A stretch of DNA of 64,000 nt, from contig JAUVZM010000005.1 in NCBI GenBank assembly GCA_030602615.1, positions 5,094 through 69,093 on the forward strand, given 5' to 3'. This stretch comes from a bacterium. GTDB taxonomy: Bacteria > Armatimonadota > Zipacnadia > Zipacnadales > Zipacnadaceae. Shown here one piece after another: positions 49,901 through 58,194 of the stretch (within the stretch, counting starts at the first letter, position 1; every line of letters starts with the position of its first letter). The notes under the pieces are model-generated. The model searched no databases and was not told the DNA's origin. It worked only from the letters and a program-made list of their open reading frames with translations. The translations under genes were made by a program, and so were the position numbers.

Positions 49901-50215
49901 TCCAGCGACTGGTTCGTGCGGGCGCGCACCGACAAGAAATGGTACCTGGACCTGCAACTGCGCACCGAAAAGGGACTTCTTGACGAAGTGCAACTGGCCC
50001 AGCGCCTTGCTCTGCCCACCTGGAACGAGATTGAAGACCTGCCCAAGTACGGCGAGGGCGCTCGCGTGCGGGTACACACCCGTGCTGCTGACTACGACAG
50101 GATTAGCCTGCAGATCTTCTCGGCCGATGACCTGCGTCAGCCACAGTTTGCCAGCTTTCTGGCAACTTGCTACCAGGGCTACCGGCGCATGATCGGATGG
50201 AAGGAGGGCGGCTGA
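43949..50215 (+). CDS. uvrA: Excinuclease ABC subunit A, tandem-duplicated (4 NBDs) with C-terminal extension
   Basis: Four Walker A motifs (GISGSGKS, GVSGSGKS, GVSGSGKT, GPSGSGKS), four LS(S/G)GEAQR signatures, two YVESLS/FVESLS starts. Confidence 0.95.
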   Translation: MADDTIRIRGAAQHNLRKVDLDLPKNRLIVFTGISGSGKSSLAFDTLFAEGQRLYVESLSTYARQFLQEMPRPQVDSIEGLAPAVAIDQAKRSHNPRSTVATITEIYDHLRVLFAAIGTLHCPKCGREVGAQTRESVIQRIVGLASESTMQILAPLERGRKGQFKELFADLRQAGYAHARVDGRFIHLTEPPELDRYRRHDVEVVVDRLAAGAHSPSRIGEAIDIAFDLGEGNLIAVPEDGEDILFSRNFACPDCQISIPEPTHTSFSFNSPRGMCPTCEGLGEARTIDPELLVAHPDRSLASGAIPLLRSLRSARRRHWYQGVADHYGFTLDTPWKELTEKQRHALLYGSGEELIEFYYRHARHGWEWRHADVWEGIIPGLTHRYKRAESRLLRQRFEQVIRQQPCPDCHGQRLRPESLAVTIGGKSIAAITGLTVDQAGEFFAKLTLNENDALIAEDALKEITERLSFLKEVGLHYLTLDRTAPTLSSGEAQRIRLAGQVGSGLTDCLYVLDEPSIGLHYRDQGRLLEALKRLRDLDNTVIVAEHDEQTITNADYVVDFGPGAGAQGGQIVSVGTVTEIKNDLDSLTGDYLAGRRSIPIPSQRRDGNGASLTLCGAQHNNLKDIDVKFPLGRFVCITGVSGSGKSSLIADTLHPILAAELHSAETEPGEFDHLEGIENVRKVVMIDQSPIGRTPRSCPATYTKVFDDIRRLYAQLPASRERGYTPGRFSFNVKEGRCPHCDGYGAVKLQSDFLADVWVQCEECHGQRFDRETLTIQYKGAGIAEVLDMEVSRALEHFANVPKIKRVLQVLADVGLGYIKLGQSATTLSGGEAQRVKLARELARPQQGDCLYLLDEPTTGLHFEDVRHLLALLGRMVDGGNTVIIIEHHPDIIKTADYVIDLGPEGGEEGGEVVATGTPEQVAKCRRSHTGQLLDQILNGADGSQPIPRVGTQRRSSQPKCEAIQVWGAREHNLKNISARVPRRQMVVFSGVSGSGKTSLAVDTIYAEGQRRFVESLSSYARQFVSEMPKPKVDRVRGLSPAVAIDPRNTVQTPRSTVGTMTEIYDYLRVLYARLGVPHCPECGSNLGAASVDDIVDRLLSKLHRREIMILAPLQPKATEEYQELLERLQRQGWVRIRLDGQIQRLPFASAPDRRSHHKLELVVDRLRVAEKHRSRLAEAVETALAVGGGQVIAAPTAETAAPDEELTFSSELSCPNCGTAYQELEPRSYSFNHAQGWCPVCEGLGTQPGVEPAALVPDESKSIREGAVSLWGPLERDSLLYKLLAAVAEAAGFSLNQPFAELTFAQRNLVFSGGDEQFTVDGMTVRFKGLVEGIRSAVQLGDKMRRRFARAWTDVPCHACGGGRLRPEPAATRFRTHTLPELCRYSLEEALGFFEQLDLSSTEEQRAGEIPEEVLSRLRLLVDIGLDYLTLDRPAASLSGGEAQRIKLASQLRSGLTGVLYVLDEPTVGVHPRDNERMLAALDSLRDLGNSLIIVEHDPQTINRADYVMDFGPGAGREGGEIIATGTQRGIRRRNSPTGHYLAGKLAVPVPQPRRWPNDGNNSELKILGAAHHNLKDVDVTVPLGCLVCVTGPSGSGKSSLIEEILYPELAWRLQGKATTPGRHRDIIGSEAVDRVINIDQSPIGQSPRSNAATYTGIFDLIREFYASLPEARMRGYTSGWFSFNNAGGRCEHCQGMGTIHVEMHFLPDVWVTCEECQGRRYKPEILEIEYKHRNISDILETTAAEALELFADFPRLHRMLSVMCQVGLGYLPLGQAAPTLSGGEAQRVKLVRELARPRRGHTIYLLDEPTTGLHPADIIKLLCVLNRLVEQGNTMVVIEHNLDVIKTADYVIDLGSGGGDRGGEVCAAGTPEQVAQSDSPTAIYLKKALAASPTVGRQELTAPLLETKPGGKVAAMRSEVQAPWQRDPAKWHQEQRTTADGEQRAWDVEALTVLEEAISQLADPPDGDWEHPRYIKYQLDGSSDWFVRARTDKKWYLDLQLRTEKGLLDEVQLAQRLALPTWNEIEDLPKYGEGARVRVHTRAADYDRISLQIFSADDLRQPQFASFLATCYQGYRRMIGWKEGG

Positions 50216-50847
50216 TGCAGTTTCTCTCCCGGCTACTCTTTCAGATCACCGCCGACTGCCCACGGGTCTCCGATGCCGTGAATATGGCACCGGAAGACTG
50301 GCCGGACGGGCTACTGCCACCACTGGGTGAACTGGACAGCGAGCAACTATTTGCGCGCGTGTACGTAAGTTGGAATGAGAGCGGGCTCTACATAGCCAGT
50401 AACATTCCCCGTGGCGGTCGGCTGGTCGGCAATCGCCAGCGGCCCGACTCGGGGGACTGCCTGCAACTGTGGATTGACACTAGCCCTGAAGAAGGTCGGC
50501 GCCGGGCTGACAGGCACTGCTACCACTTCATTATCCTGCCCCAGGTGCCCGGCGGCGACAAGCCCGTGGCGTGGCAGCAGCATATCCGCCGTGCTCGCGG
50601 CCGCCCGCCGCTGTGCGATCCCCAGCAGATACAGGCCATGGTCAAGCAAGAAGAGGAAGCCTATCAGATGCTGGTGGGCCTGCCCACCACGGAGTGTCTC
50701 GATTTCACGCCCCAGGCCGGGACGGAGGTCGGCTTCAACTATCTGCTCAACGATACCAGCCTCGGTCGGCAGTTGTGGAGTTGTCCTCACCACGCAGATT
50801 ACGCAAAAGACCCCAGTTGCTGGGGCCGGTTGCGCCTGGTTGAGTAA
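50215..50847 (+). CDS. CBM9/DOMON-like domain protein coupled to uvrA
   Basis: ATG overlaps the uvrA stop; VSWNESGLY, DCLQLWIDT, GFNYLLND, DPSCWGRLRL. Confidence 0.7.
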   Translation: MQFLSRLLFQITADCPRVSDAVNMAPEDWPDGLLPPLGELDSEQLFARVYVSWNESGLYIASNIPRGGRLVGNRQRPDSGDCLQLWIDTSPEEGRRRADRHCYHFIILPQVPGGDKPVAWQQHIRRARGRPPLCDPQQIQAMVKQEEEAYQMLVGLPTTECLDFTPQAGTEVGFNYLLNDTSLGRQLWSCPHHADYAKDPSCWGRLRLVE

Positions 50848-51082
50848 AATTGATAAACAGATTTCGCGGAAAACCCGCTTTTTGAAAAAAGCCGGTTTTC
50901 CGCACCTTTCCGACAAAACTTTACAAGTGGAACAGTACGACAGATAGCGTACTGTTATCCCTCACAGGGGTCGAATACTTTCCACTAAGGGGCCGCTTGC
51001 AAACGGCTTTGACGCGGCAAGACATCTTTGTATTTCGGTTCGTGAATAATCCGCGATAGTCGAATAAGAGCTGCCAGCCATC

Positions 51083-52828
51083 CTACGCCAAAAAATGCTC
51101 CAGCAATGCAATCTCCGCCTCATTGGTCCAGCTATTGCCTGGCCCCAGCTTTTCCGCTACGCCAGGCAATCGCTCATTCAACTCATCGAGGGACGTCAGG
51201 GGCAGGCCCTCAATCTGGGGATAGATGACTATCTTTCCGGGCACCTCGCCGTCCTGGACCGCGTCCATGCCTGCGCGCGCCGCCTTGATGCCACCAATCG
51301 CCGCCACCGACAGGTTCGGGGAAAGCTGGCCGCTCTCGGTCATATGCAGCGTGGCCTCCAGATCGTGAATGCGCGAGCCACTGGTGCCGGTGTAGCGGAT
51401 ACCGTCCAAAGCCACCGAACTGAGATTTATCTGCCCCATCGTACCCCGTGGCATACCCGCAAAGAAATTAACCACGCCGCCGTCAGCTACGTACTGGGCC
51501 GACTGCACCGCCAGGGGCGCGACCGGCACCATAACTACAACATCGTTGAAACCGTCGGGGGCAATCTCGCGTAGACGTCGGTCGAAGGTCTCCGGGCCCA
51601 GCTCCTCGGGATTCAAACAGATCAACTGCTTCCCCAACTCGTCAGCAACCGGCATGAACTGCTCGGTAACCACTGCCAGCCGGCCCGCCGCAATGTCGGT
51701 GGCTACCACCACCTGGGGCCCGTCGGGACTCTCCAGGGCAAGCTGGACGTGCATCTGGCCCATCGGCCCGCCGCCACCAACCATAAGGACCCTGCCACCG
51801 GCTGCCAGGCGCGGGTTACGGCTGGCGCTGTAAGCCTCGGAGATATCAGGCCCTCGGCAGCCCAGGTAGCGGATGTAGTCATAATGAATTCGGCCCAGGT
51901 CAATCTCGACTGCCCGGACAAGCGGTTGATCGGTTACCAGCACCAGCGCGCCTTCGCGACCCAGGGCGGCGGCGGTGGCTTCAACCAGGTCAGGCGCCGG
52001 CTGGCCCAGCAGAATTATGTCATCGAAGCCGTCGGGTGCCACTTCCTTTTTCAACTCATCTATTGACTCGGCTGCGGCGCTGGGCACTTCCTGAAGCTGT
52101 GCTCCCCACTTCAGTGCTGCCGTCTCAAGTTCTTCACGAAGCTGCTCAGATACCCCGGTGTAGCGTATCTTGTCGGGGCCCTGCTCCTCCTCAGCCAAAG
52201 CTCCCAGAGAATAGGCTTCTAGTTTTTCGCTGCCGATAAACCAGGCCACTCCGCCGGGGCCAAGCCGGCGGCGGAAGTCAGTATGATAAGCATGAATCAC
52301 ACACGCCCACGGCTCCGACAGCGCTGTCTCGGCATAGCCGGTCTCAGGTCGGACCGGAATGAGATACAGCCCTTCGTCGCCGGCCAGAATCTCCTTGCCC
52401 AGCAGCACGTACTGTTCAAAGGCACCGGGCAGCATATACCCAAAGGCCAGGTTCACACCCTGAAAGAAGACATCCGCCTGCACCACAAAGCGGTCACCTA
52501 TACTGAATCTGTCAGCAATGTCGCTGCCGACCTTGACAATGGTTAGAGCTGCCTCGTGGCCGGGGACTATGGGATCAGCGGCCAGGTCGCGACCATACAG
52601 GCGGGGGTGCTCGCCGCCCAGGCGCAGTATCTTCACATCACTGAAGCACAGGCTGGCGGCGTCCACCCGCGCCAGCAGCTCTCGGGAGGTCGGCTGAGGG
52701 ACTTCTACTTCCACTGGCTGCTCATCGCGGCCGAAGCTTTCCAGGCCCGCCCCGAACACCTGCCAGGCCTTCATAGCTGCGGGAATCTCCTGCTGGCCCG
52801 AACGATACCGCTTCACAAAATCATTCAT
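51083..52828 (-). CDS. Long zinc-type (MDR) dehydrogenase, L-sorbose-1-phosphate reductase-like
   Basis: SLCFSDVK, VPGHE, LSEPWACV, GGGGPMG, GKIVIYP. Confidence 0.85.
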   Translation of the reverse strand: MNDFVKRYRSGQQEIPAAMKAWQVFGAGLESFGRDEQPVEVEVPQPTSRELLARVDAASLCFSDVKILRLGGEHPRLYGRDLAADPIVPGHEAALTIVKVGSDIADRFSIGDRFVVQADVFFQGVNLAFGYMLPGAFEQYVLLGKEILAGDEGLYLIPVRPETGYAETALSEPWACVIHAYHTDFRRRLGPGGVAWFIGSEKLEAYSLGALAEEEQGPDKIRYTGVSEQLREELETAALKWGAQLQEVPSAAAESIDELKKEVAPDGFDDIILLGQPAPDLVEATAAALGREGALVLVTDQPLVRAVEIDLGRIHYDYIRYLGCRGPDISEAYSASRNPRLAAGGRVLMVGGGGPMGQMHVQLALESPDGPQVVVATDIAAGRLAVVTEQFMPVADELGKQLICLNPEELGPETFDRRLREIAPDGFNDVVVMVPVAPLAVQSAQYVADGGVVNFFAGMPRGTMGQINLSSVALDGIRYTGTSGSRIHDLEATLHMTESGQLSPNLSVAAIGGIKAARAGMDAVQDGEVPGKIVIYPQIEGLPLTSLDELNERLPGVAEKLGPGNSWTNEAEIALLEHFLA

Positions 52829-52975
52829 ATGGCATTCTCCTGGCGAGAGTAAATCAACTTGAGGACCTCCAAATGCATCCACCACAGCTTGGGTGCTGGG
52901 GAATCTGCGTCCCGGAGCCACAAAATGGGCCAGGTAATATTTGAGCTTAGTCGGACAAACGCTGGCCGATGCTGG

Positions 52976-53812
52976 TTAGTGCTTGGTAATTACCAGGCCC
53001 ACAACAGGCCGATCCAGGTCGGAATAGCCGAAGTAGCCCAGCGCGATCCATCTCTGCCTCTCACTGTATTCCTCGGCACTTCGTCCCAGTCCACTCAGGG
53101 CCAGGCCGGCATTCACTTGCATCCCATCATATTCCGTTACCAGGGTCAACCCACCAGTCACCGGTATTGATAGTCCCCCGAAAGGATTGCTGTCAAACCG
53201 CCCATCCCCCCAGCCGATGGTCAAATAGCTATCACCGAATAGATCAAAAGGTCGGGTGGCTACACCGTAAATTGAACGTGCCCCGTAAGGATCGCCGGCG
53301 TAGTCGTCGCGCTGGTTAAGGATATCCTGGACGCCAACGGCCAGGGCCCAACCCCGTTGGCCGCCGTCAGCCAGTTGGTACTGGAAGTTGTAGGCTTCCT
53401 CGATGTGGCTGCCGGTCATCATCCAGGATCCGTACATTCCATGGCCGGGCCTTCCCGCACCCAGCCCAATGAATGCCGTGCCGTTGACATCGTCCCCACT
53501 AAAGCCGATTTCCACGCTGCCGGTGTTGCTGCCGCTGTTGCAGCCTATCACCCAGTTATCGGCGCTCGGGGTGTAGGCCACCGGGACATTCTGCTGCAGC
53601 GCGCCGTCGAAGCCGACCTGGCCGGCGGGGCTGACTCCAAACATATTACCCGGCAGGGTCGAGGAGTGACGGAACTGGTAGAATTCGTTCCAGTCGGTGT
53701 CGGCCAGGACGGGGCTGACCAGCATAAATACAAGCAGCACAACTGCCGCCAGTAAGTAGCACTGTACCGGTGTCCTATCACTGCCGTAGTATGCCGGTGA
53801 CAATGTTTTCAT
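52976..53812 (-). CDS. YjbH-like outer-membrane beta-barrel protein
   Basis: Signal peptide; LAVGVQD, SIYGVAT, GWGDGRF..PFGG, EYDG..NAG. Confidence 0.6.
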   Translation of the reverse strand: MKTLSPAYYGSDRTPVQCYLLAAVVLLVFMLVSPVLADTDWNEFYQFRHSSTLPGNMFGVSPAGQVGFDGALQQNVPVAYTPSADNWVIGCNSGSNTGSVEIGFSGDDVNGTAFIGLGAGRPGHGMYGSWMMTGSHIEEAYNFQYQLADGGQRGWALAVGVQDILNQRDDYAGDPYGARSIYGVATRPFDLFGDSYLTIGWGDGRFDSNPFGGLSIPVTGGLTLVTEYDGMQVNAGLALSGLGRSAEEYSERQRWIALGYFGYSDLDRPVVGLVITKH

Positions 53813-53906
53813 TGCGCGACCTCCTTTGTACCATTGCTATTCATTCACAGGTAACATCGTTGAAGCTGTATCCGACAATCGCTTTCGGTTGGCAGTACAG
53901 TCCGCC

Positions 53907-54542
53907 TCACTGCGATAATGTCTCCTCCAACCGCGCCAGCCGCTGTTCCAGACGAGCCTGACGCAGGGCGTTGGTCAAATCGCCGCGGGTACGCTCGATC
54001 ATCCCGCGCAGCGCGTCGGAGCGCCCGCGCAGGCCATAGCTGATGGCTTTAGGATAGTCAAAGCCCATAATGGTATGATATATTTCGTTCATAGCTTCCA
54101 GATATTCCTCGGCCTGTTCCGGGTGGTCTTCGCGGATCAGGTCAAGGACGTGGCGGCGGAATTCCCCGCCTACTTCAGCCAGGCCATTGAGCCACGGCGC
54201 ATAATCAATTTCAAGCTCTTCGGGAGTGGGCAAAGGCTGTCCGCTTATCACTGCACAGGTGATAGCCGCCTCAGCGTATTCCTTTTCAGCATCGCCCACA
54301 AATCCGCCGTAGCGCAGGGCGGGCTGGTCGCTGAACGCGCCCAACATCTGGGCAGTGGCCTGGCGAGTCTCCTCCAGAAGCTGCTCGGCCTGCTGGGGTT
54401 GGTTTCTGTGGATGCTCTTGATGCAACTGGAAGCCAGCCGCACGACCTCCCGGGATAGGTTATAGGCTCTTTCCCGAGACTTGTCCTGCTCGCCGAAATG
54501 GGCACGGATTCGATCGCAGATCTCAGTTAAGCCACTTAGAAT
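53907..54542 (-). CDS. Translin/Trax family protein (probable ATT start)
   Basis: RERAYNLSREVVR, AEKEYAEA, WLNGLAEVGGEFRR, GLRGRSD. The conserved-looking N-terminus extends to ATT after GAGGTGAG. Confidence 0.85.
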   Translation of the reverse strand: MLSGLTEICDRIRAHFGEQDKSRERAYNLSREVVRLASSCIKSIHRNQPQQAEQLLEETRQATAQMLGAFSDQPALRYGGFVGDAEKEYAEAAITCAVISGQPLPTPEELEIDYAPWLNGLAEVGGEFRRHVLDLIREDHPEQAEEYLEAMNEIYHTIMGFDYPKAISYGLRGRSDALRGMIERTRGDLTNALRQARLEQRLARLEETLSQ

Positions 54543-54553
54543 GATATCTCACC

Positions 54554-55105
54554 TCACCGAAGTTGCTCTGCAGCCAGTTGTGCGCCGCGCTGCAGGGCAG
54601 CGACATTTGTGGGAATGTAGTCGTGATGGCGCTCGGGCAGTATCCGATAGAGGGTCTCCTCAATTAGCTGTTCTTCGACTAACTCGGTTGTTGCCACATA
54701 GGCCCCCAGCAACACCATATTGGTAGCCCGTTCGCTGCCCAACTCCGCCGCAATATCAGTGGCCGCTACGGCTACCAGGTCAATGTCATCGCGCTTGACC
54801 TCATCGCCGGCAAGCGAGGAGTTCACAACCGCCAGTCCACCAGGCCGAACCCTGTTCAGATGGTTGTCAACGGCAATCCCATCCATGAGTATCATACTGC
54901 CTGGCTGGCCCACCACCGGGCTGCCCACCTCACCGTCAGCAATCACCAGAGTACAGGTAGCCCGGCCCCCGCGTACCTCCGGGCTGTACAGAGGAAACCA
55001 GGACAGCTCCAGGCCTGCTTCCAGAGCCGTCTGGGCCAAGAGCTGACCCGCCAACAGCACGCCCTGCCCGCCCATCCCTGCCATAAAGACTTCTTGCCGC
55101 ATCAA
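54554..55105 (-). CDS. 2-oxoacid:ferredoxin oxidoreductase gamma subunit
   Basis: AGMGGQGV, PLYSPEVRGG, NMVLLGA. Confidence 0.93.
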   Translation of the reverse strand: MMRQEVFMAGMGGQGVLLAGQLLAQTALEAGLELSWFPLYSPEVRGGRATCTLVIADGEVGSPVVGQPGSMILMDGIAVDNHLNRVRPGGLAVVNSSLAGDEVKRDDIDLVAVAATDIAAELGSERATNMVLLGAYVATTELVEEQLIEETLYRILPERHHDYIPTNVAALQRGAQLAAEQLR

Positions 55106-55177
55106 TACCGCCTTCTCAACTCTTCACTCATATTCCTGCACAGTACTCTGTGGAGCAACCTGCCGGTAGTCGGCCGC

Positions 55178-55945
55178 CTATTGGCCCTCCGCCAATTTGT
55201 CCACAAACACCTTTAGCGGATACTGCTCGAGCATAACATCCTCAATCCATTGCAGAGCTTCCAGCGGCTTCATATGCCACCAGGTTGGACAACTGCTCAC
55301 CAGTTCTACCAGCGAGAAGCCCAGCCCGGCTGCCTGCGCCTGGAAGGCCTTCTTCAGGCTCCTTTTGGCCTGGCGAATGCGCTTGGGACTGGTCATCGTC
55401 TCCCGCGCCAGGTAAGCGACACCGGGAATCTGGGCGAGCAGCTCACAGATGTTGAGCGGATAGCCGCCCTGCTCGACGCTGCGGCCTTGTGGAGTAGTAG
55501 TCGTTTTCTGGCCCATCAACGTGGTCGGGGCCATCTGCCCCTGCGTCATCCCGAACACGGCATTATTTACAAAGATTACCGTGAAGTTCTCGGCCCGCGT
55601 CGCCGCGTGCATCACCTCGGCAAGCCCGATAGCCGCCAGGTCGCCATCGCCCTGATAAGTGAACACTATGGTATCCGGCTGGCACCGCTTGATACCAGTG
55701 GCCACTGCCGGGCCTCGGCCGTGAGCAGCTTGCACAGCGTCGGTGTCGAAATACTCATAGGCATAGACCGAACAGCCCACCGTGGCAATGGCTACCGTTC
55801 GCTCCTTAAGACCCAGCTCGTCGAGCACCTCCGCCACCAGCCGATGAGCAATGCCGTGGGTACAACCCGGGCAATAGCGCATCTGAACATCAGTCAGGCT
55901 CTCCGGCCGCTTGTATACTGATTCGGCCAGTTTGGTCTCAGCCAA
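55178..55945 (-). CDS. 2-oxoacid:ferredoxin oxidoreductase beta (TPP-binding) subunit
   Basis: YCPGCTHG, HGRGPAVATG, YQGDGDLAAIG, MTQGQMAPTT. Confidence 0.94.
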   Translation of the reverse strand: MAETKLAESVYKRPESLTDVQMRYCPGCTHGIAHRLVAEVLDELGLKERTVAIATVGCSVYAYEYFDTDAVQAAHGRGPAVATGIKRCQPDTIVFTYQGDGDLAAIGLAEVMHAATRAENFTVIFVNNAVFGMTQGQMAPTTLMGQKTTTTPQGRSVEQGGYPLNICELLAQIPGVAYLARETMTSPKRIRQAKRSLKKAFQAQAAGLGFSLVELVSSCPTWWHMKPLEALQWIEDVMLEQYPLKVFVDKLAEGQ

Positions 55946-55987
55946 AACGGCTACCTCCTATGAATGGCTGCGTCTCTGTCGTCACGC

Positions 55988-57040
55988 TCAAGCGATTTCG
56001 ATAATCCGCTCGGCGACCTCTTCGGGGGTCACCAGCATCCCGCCAGTGCGGCCGAACAACTCCACCGGGCAGGCCCCTGCAACAGCCAGGCGAACATCCT
56101 CAATGAATTGCCCCATTGACAGCTCCACTACCAGGACCTTGTCCACGCGCTGGGCCCAGTCAGCAATGACCTCAGTCGGGAACGGAAAGAGGCTGATGGG
56201 CCGGATTAGCCGGCAGGCCACGCCCGCCTCAGCAGCGTGCTCAATTGCGGTCTGGCAAATCCGCGCCGAGATTCCATAGGCACAAACCAGAATTTCCGGG
56301 TCATCGGCGCCATGCTCGGTCCAGCGGGTCTCATTCTGAGCCGCCTCCCGGTAGCGTTGCTGAATGCGCAGGTTGACCTCTTCCATAACCGGCGGGTCGG
56401 TCCACAGCGAGTTGACGATGTTGCGCTGGCGGCCTTTCTGGTCCCCGCCCACCGCCCACGAAGGCTTCTCTTCCGGAGGATCGAGGCGATCGCGCAGCGC
56501 ACACGGCTCGCGCATACTGGCCAGGACCGCATCAGCTAAGATCATCACCGGATTGCGGTACTTCTGCGCGATGGGAAAGGCCTGCCCGACGAGGTCATAG
56601 ATCTCCTGGACACTGAACGGTGCGAAAGTCAGGCAGCGCCCGTCCCCGTGGCCCGCTCCCCGCGTTGCCAGCCAGTAGTCGGATTGGGCCGGCGCGATGT
56701 TGCCCAGCCCCGGTCCCCCCCGGGCCATGTTGACCAACACACAGGGCAGCTCCGCGCCGATCATATAGGAAAGGCCCTCCTGCATCAGGGAAATACCCGG
56801 CGACGAGGAGGTGGTCATCGCCCAGGCGCCGGTGGCCGCCGCCCCGTAGACCATATTTATGGCAGCAACTTCACTCTCGGCCTGGATGTAGACGCCGCCG
56901 ATTGGCGGCAAGTGCTCCGACATATACTCTGGAATCCTATTCTGCGGGGTAATCGGATAGCCGAAGAAATAGCGACAACCGCCGGCAATTGCTCCCTCGG
57001 CGGCTGCCTCATTGCCGGTAATAAGCTGACGCTCAGGCAT
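55988..57040 (-). CDS. 2-oxoacid:ferredoxin oxidoreductase alpha subunit (VorB-like)
   Basis: GNEAAAEGA, FGYPITPQ, QAESEVAA, RGGPGLGNI. Confidence 0.94.
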   Translation of the reverse strand: MPERQLITGNEAAAEGAIAGGCRYFFGYPITPQNRIPEYMSEHLPPIGGVYIQAESEVAAINMVYGAAATGAWAMTTSSSPGISLMQEGLSYMIGAELPCVLVNMARGGPGLGNIAPAQSDYWLATRGAGHGDGRCLTFAPFSVQEIYDLVGQAFPIAQKYRNPVMILADAVLASMREPCALRDRLDPPEEKPSWAVGGDQKGRQRNIVNSLWTDPPVMEEVNLRIQQRYREAAQNETRWTEHGADDPEILVCAYGISARICQTAIEHAAEAGVACRLIRPISLFPFPTEVIADWAQRVDKVLVVELSMGQFIEDVRLAVAGACPVELFGRTGGMLVTPEEVAERIIEIA

Positions 57041-57263
57041 TGGCTTCCGCCTCCACCTTCACGCGGTAGATCTCGATACAAACATCCGGGCACATCAGCA
57101 CACACATCTGGCAGCCGGTGCAGTCTTCCTCACTGATTATACAGGCCGGGTGATAGCCGGCTTCGTTCATATCAGAACTCAGCTCGATATTATCCTGGGG
57201 ACAAAACTCCACACACAACCCGCAGCCCTTGCAGCGCTGCTGGTCAATAACCAGGCGAAACAT
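57033..57263 (-). CDS. 2x[4Fe-4S] ferredoxin (delta subunit)
   Basis: CKGCGLCVEFCP, GYHP, CTGCQMCVLMCPD. Confidence 0.93.
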   Translation of the reverse strand: MFRLVIDQQRCKGCGLCVEFCPQDNIELSSDMNEAGYHPACIISEEDCTGCQMCVLMCPDVCIEIYRVKVEAEANA

Positions 57264-57297
57264 AAGATCTCCTGACTTTACTGGCACACACAAACAG

Positions 57298-58194
57298 CTA
57301 TCGCTCCAGCCCCCAGCGCAGCTTAGTATGTAATCTCTCGAAGAAAGAACTTTGATCAAGACGCACCAGTTGGGCTTTGAAAGGCGCCTTTTGGATCACT
57401 ACCAGGTCTTCGGAGGTGACTTCAACATCTTCTTGCCCATCCACGCTCAACCGCACGGTCACCGGCTCGTCATAGCGCTGCTCGACTTTGACGGTAACCA
57501 CCGAATCATCGTCTACGATGAGGGGCCGCAAATAGAGAGTGTGAGGACAGATGGGCGTGAGAATAAGGCAATCCAAATCGGGATCCACCAGCGGCCCGCC
57601 TGCTGACAGGTTGTAAGCAGTCGAGCCCGTGGGAGTAGCCACAATCAAGCCGTCGGCAGGATAGACGGCGACGCGCTCGCCGTCCACGTGCGTATCCAGC
57701 CGGGTCATCCAGCGGGGATATACCCTCGAGATAACCGCATCATTAAGCCCAAAGAACCGGCTGGTGACCTCAGCACCTCGCTGCACCTCTACAGCCAACA
57801 TCAGCCGCTGCTGGATATGATACCCGCCGGCCAGCAACTGGTCTACGCGGTCGAGCACCATCGCCGGCTGGACGGCAGCCAAAAAACCAAAACTGCCCAA
57901 ATCGACTCCCAGCAACGGGACTTGCGCAGGCCCGGCCAGGCGCGCTACCCTCAGCAGTAGCCCGTCGCCCCCCATCACGATTACCATGTCTGCCTGGGCT
58001 ACCAACTCTTCCCGCGGCCGCTGTTCATAGCCGCCTGGACAGCTCTGGGCTGTATTGGGGTCCAGCAGAACCTCAACTTCGGCCTCGTGCAGCTTGGCAA
58101 TCAGTGGCTCAGCAAACTCCCGCAGCCCCGGGCGCTGCTGGCCGCTGACCAGGCCTACTGTCTTGAGGTTTGTAAGCTCCGCCGCGAGGCTCAT
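57298..58194 (-). CDS. nadK: NAD(+) kinase
   Basis: MGGDG, LNDAVI, DGLIVATPTGSTAYNLSAGGP, TPICPH. Confidence 0.95.
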   Translation of the reverse strand: MSLAAELTNLKTVGLVSGQQRPGLREFAEPLIAKLHEAEVEVLLDPNTAQSCPGGYEQRPREELVAQADMVIVMGGDGLLLRVARLAGPAQVPLLGVDLGSFGFLAAVQPAMVLDRVDQLLAGGYHIQQRLMLAVEVQRGAEVTSRFFGLNDAVISRVYPRWMTRLDTHVDGERVAVYPADGLIVATPTGSTAYNLSAGGPLVDPDLDCLILTPICPHTLYLRPLIVDDDSVVTVKVEQRYDEPVTVRLSVDGQEDVEVTSEDLVVIQKAPFKAQLVRLDQSSFFERLHTKLRWGLER

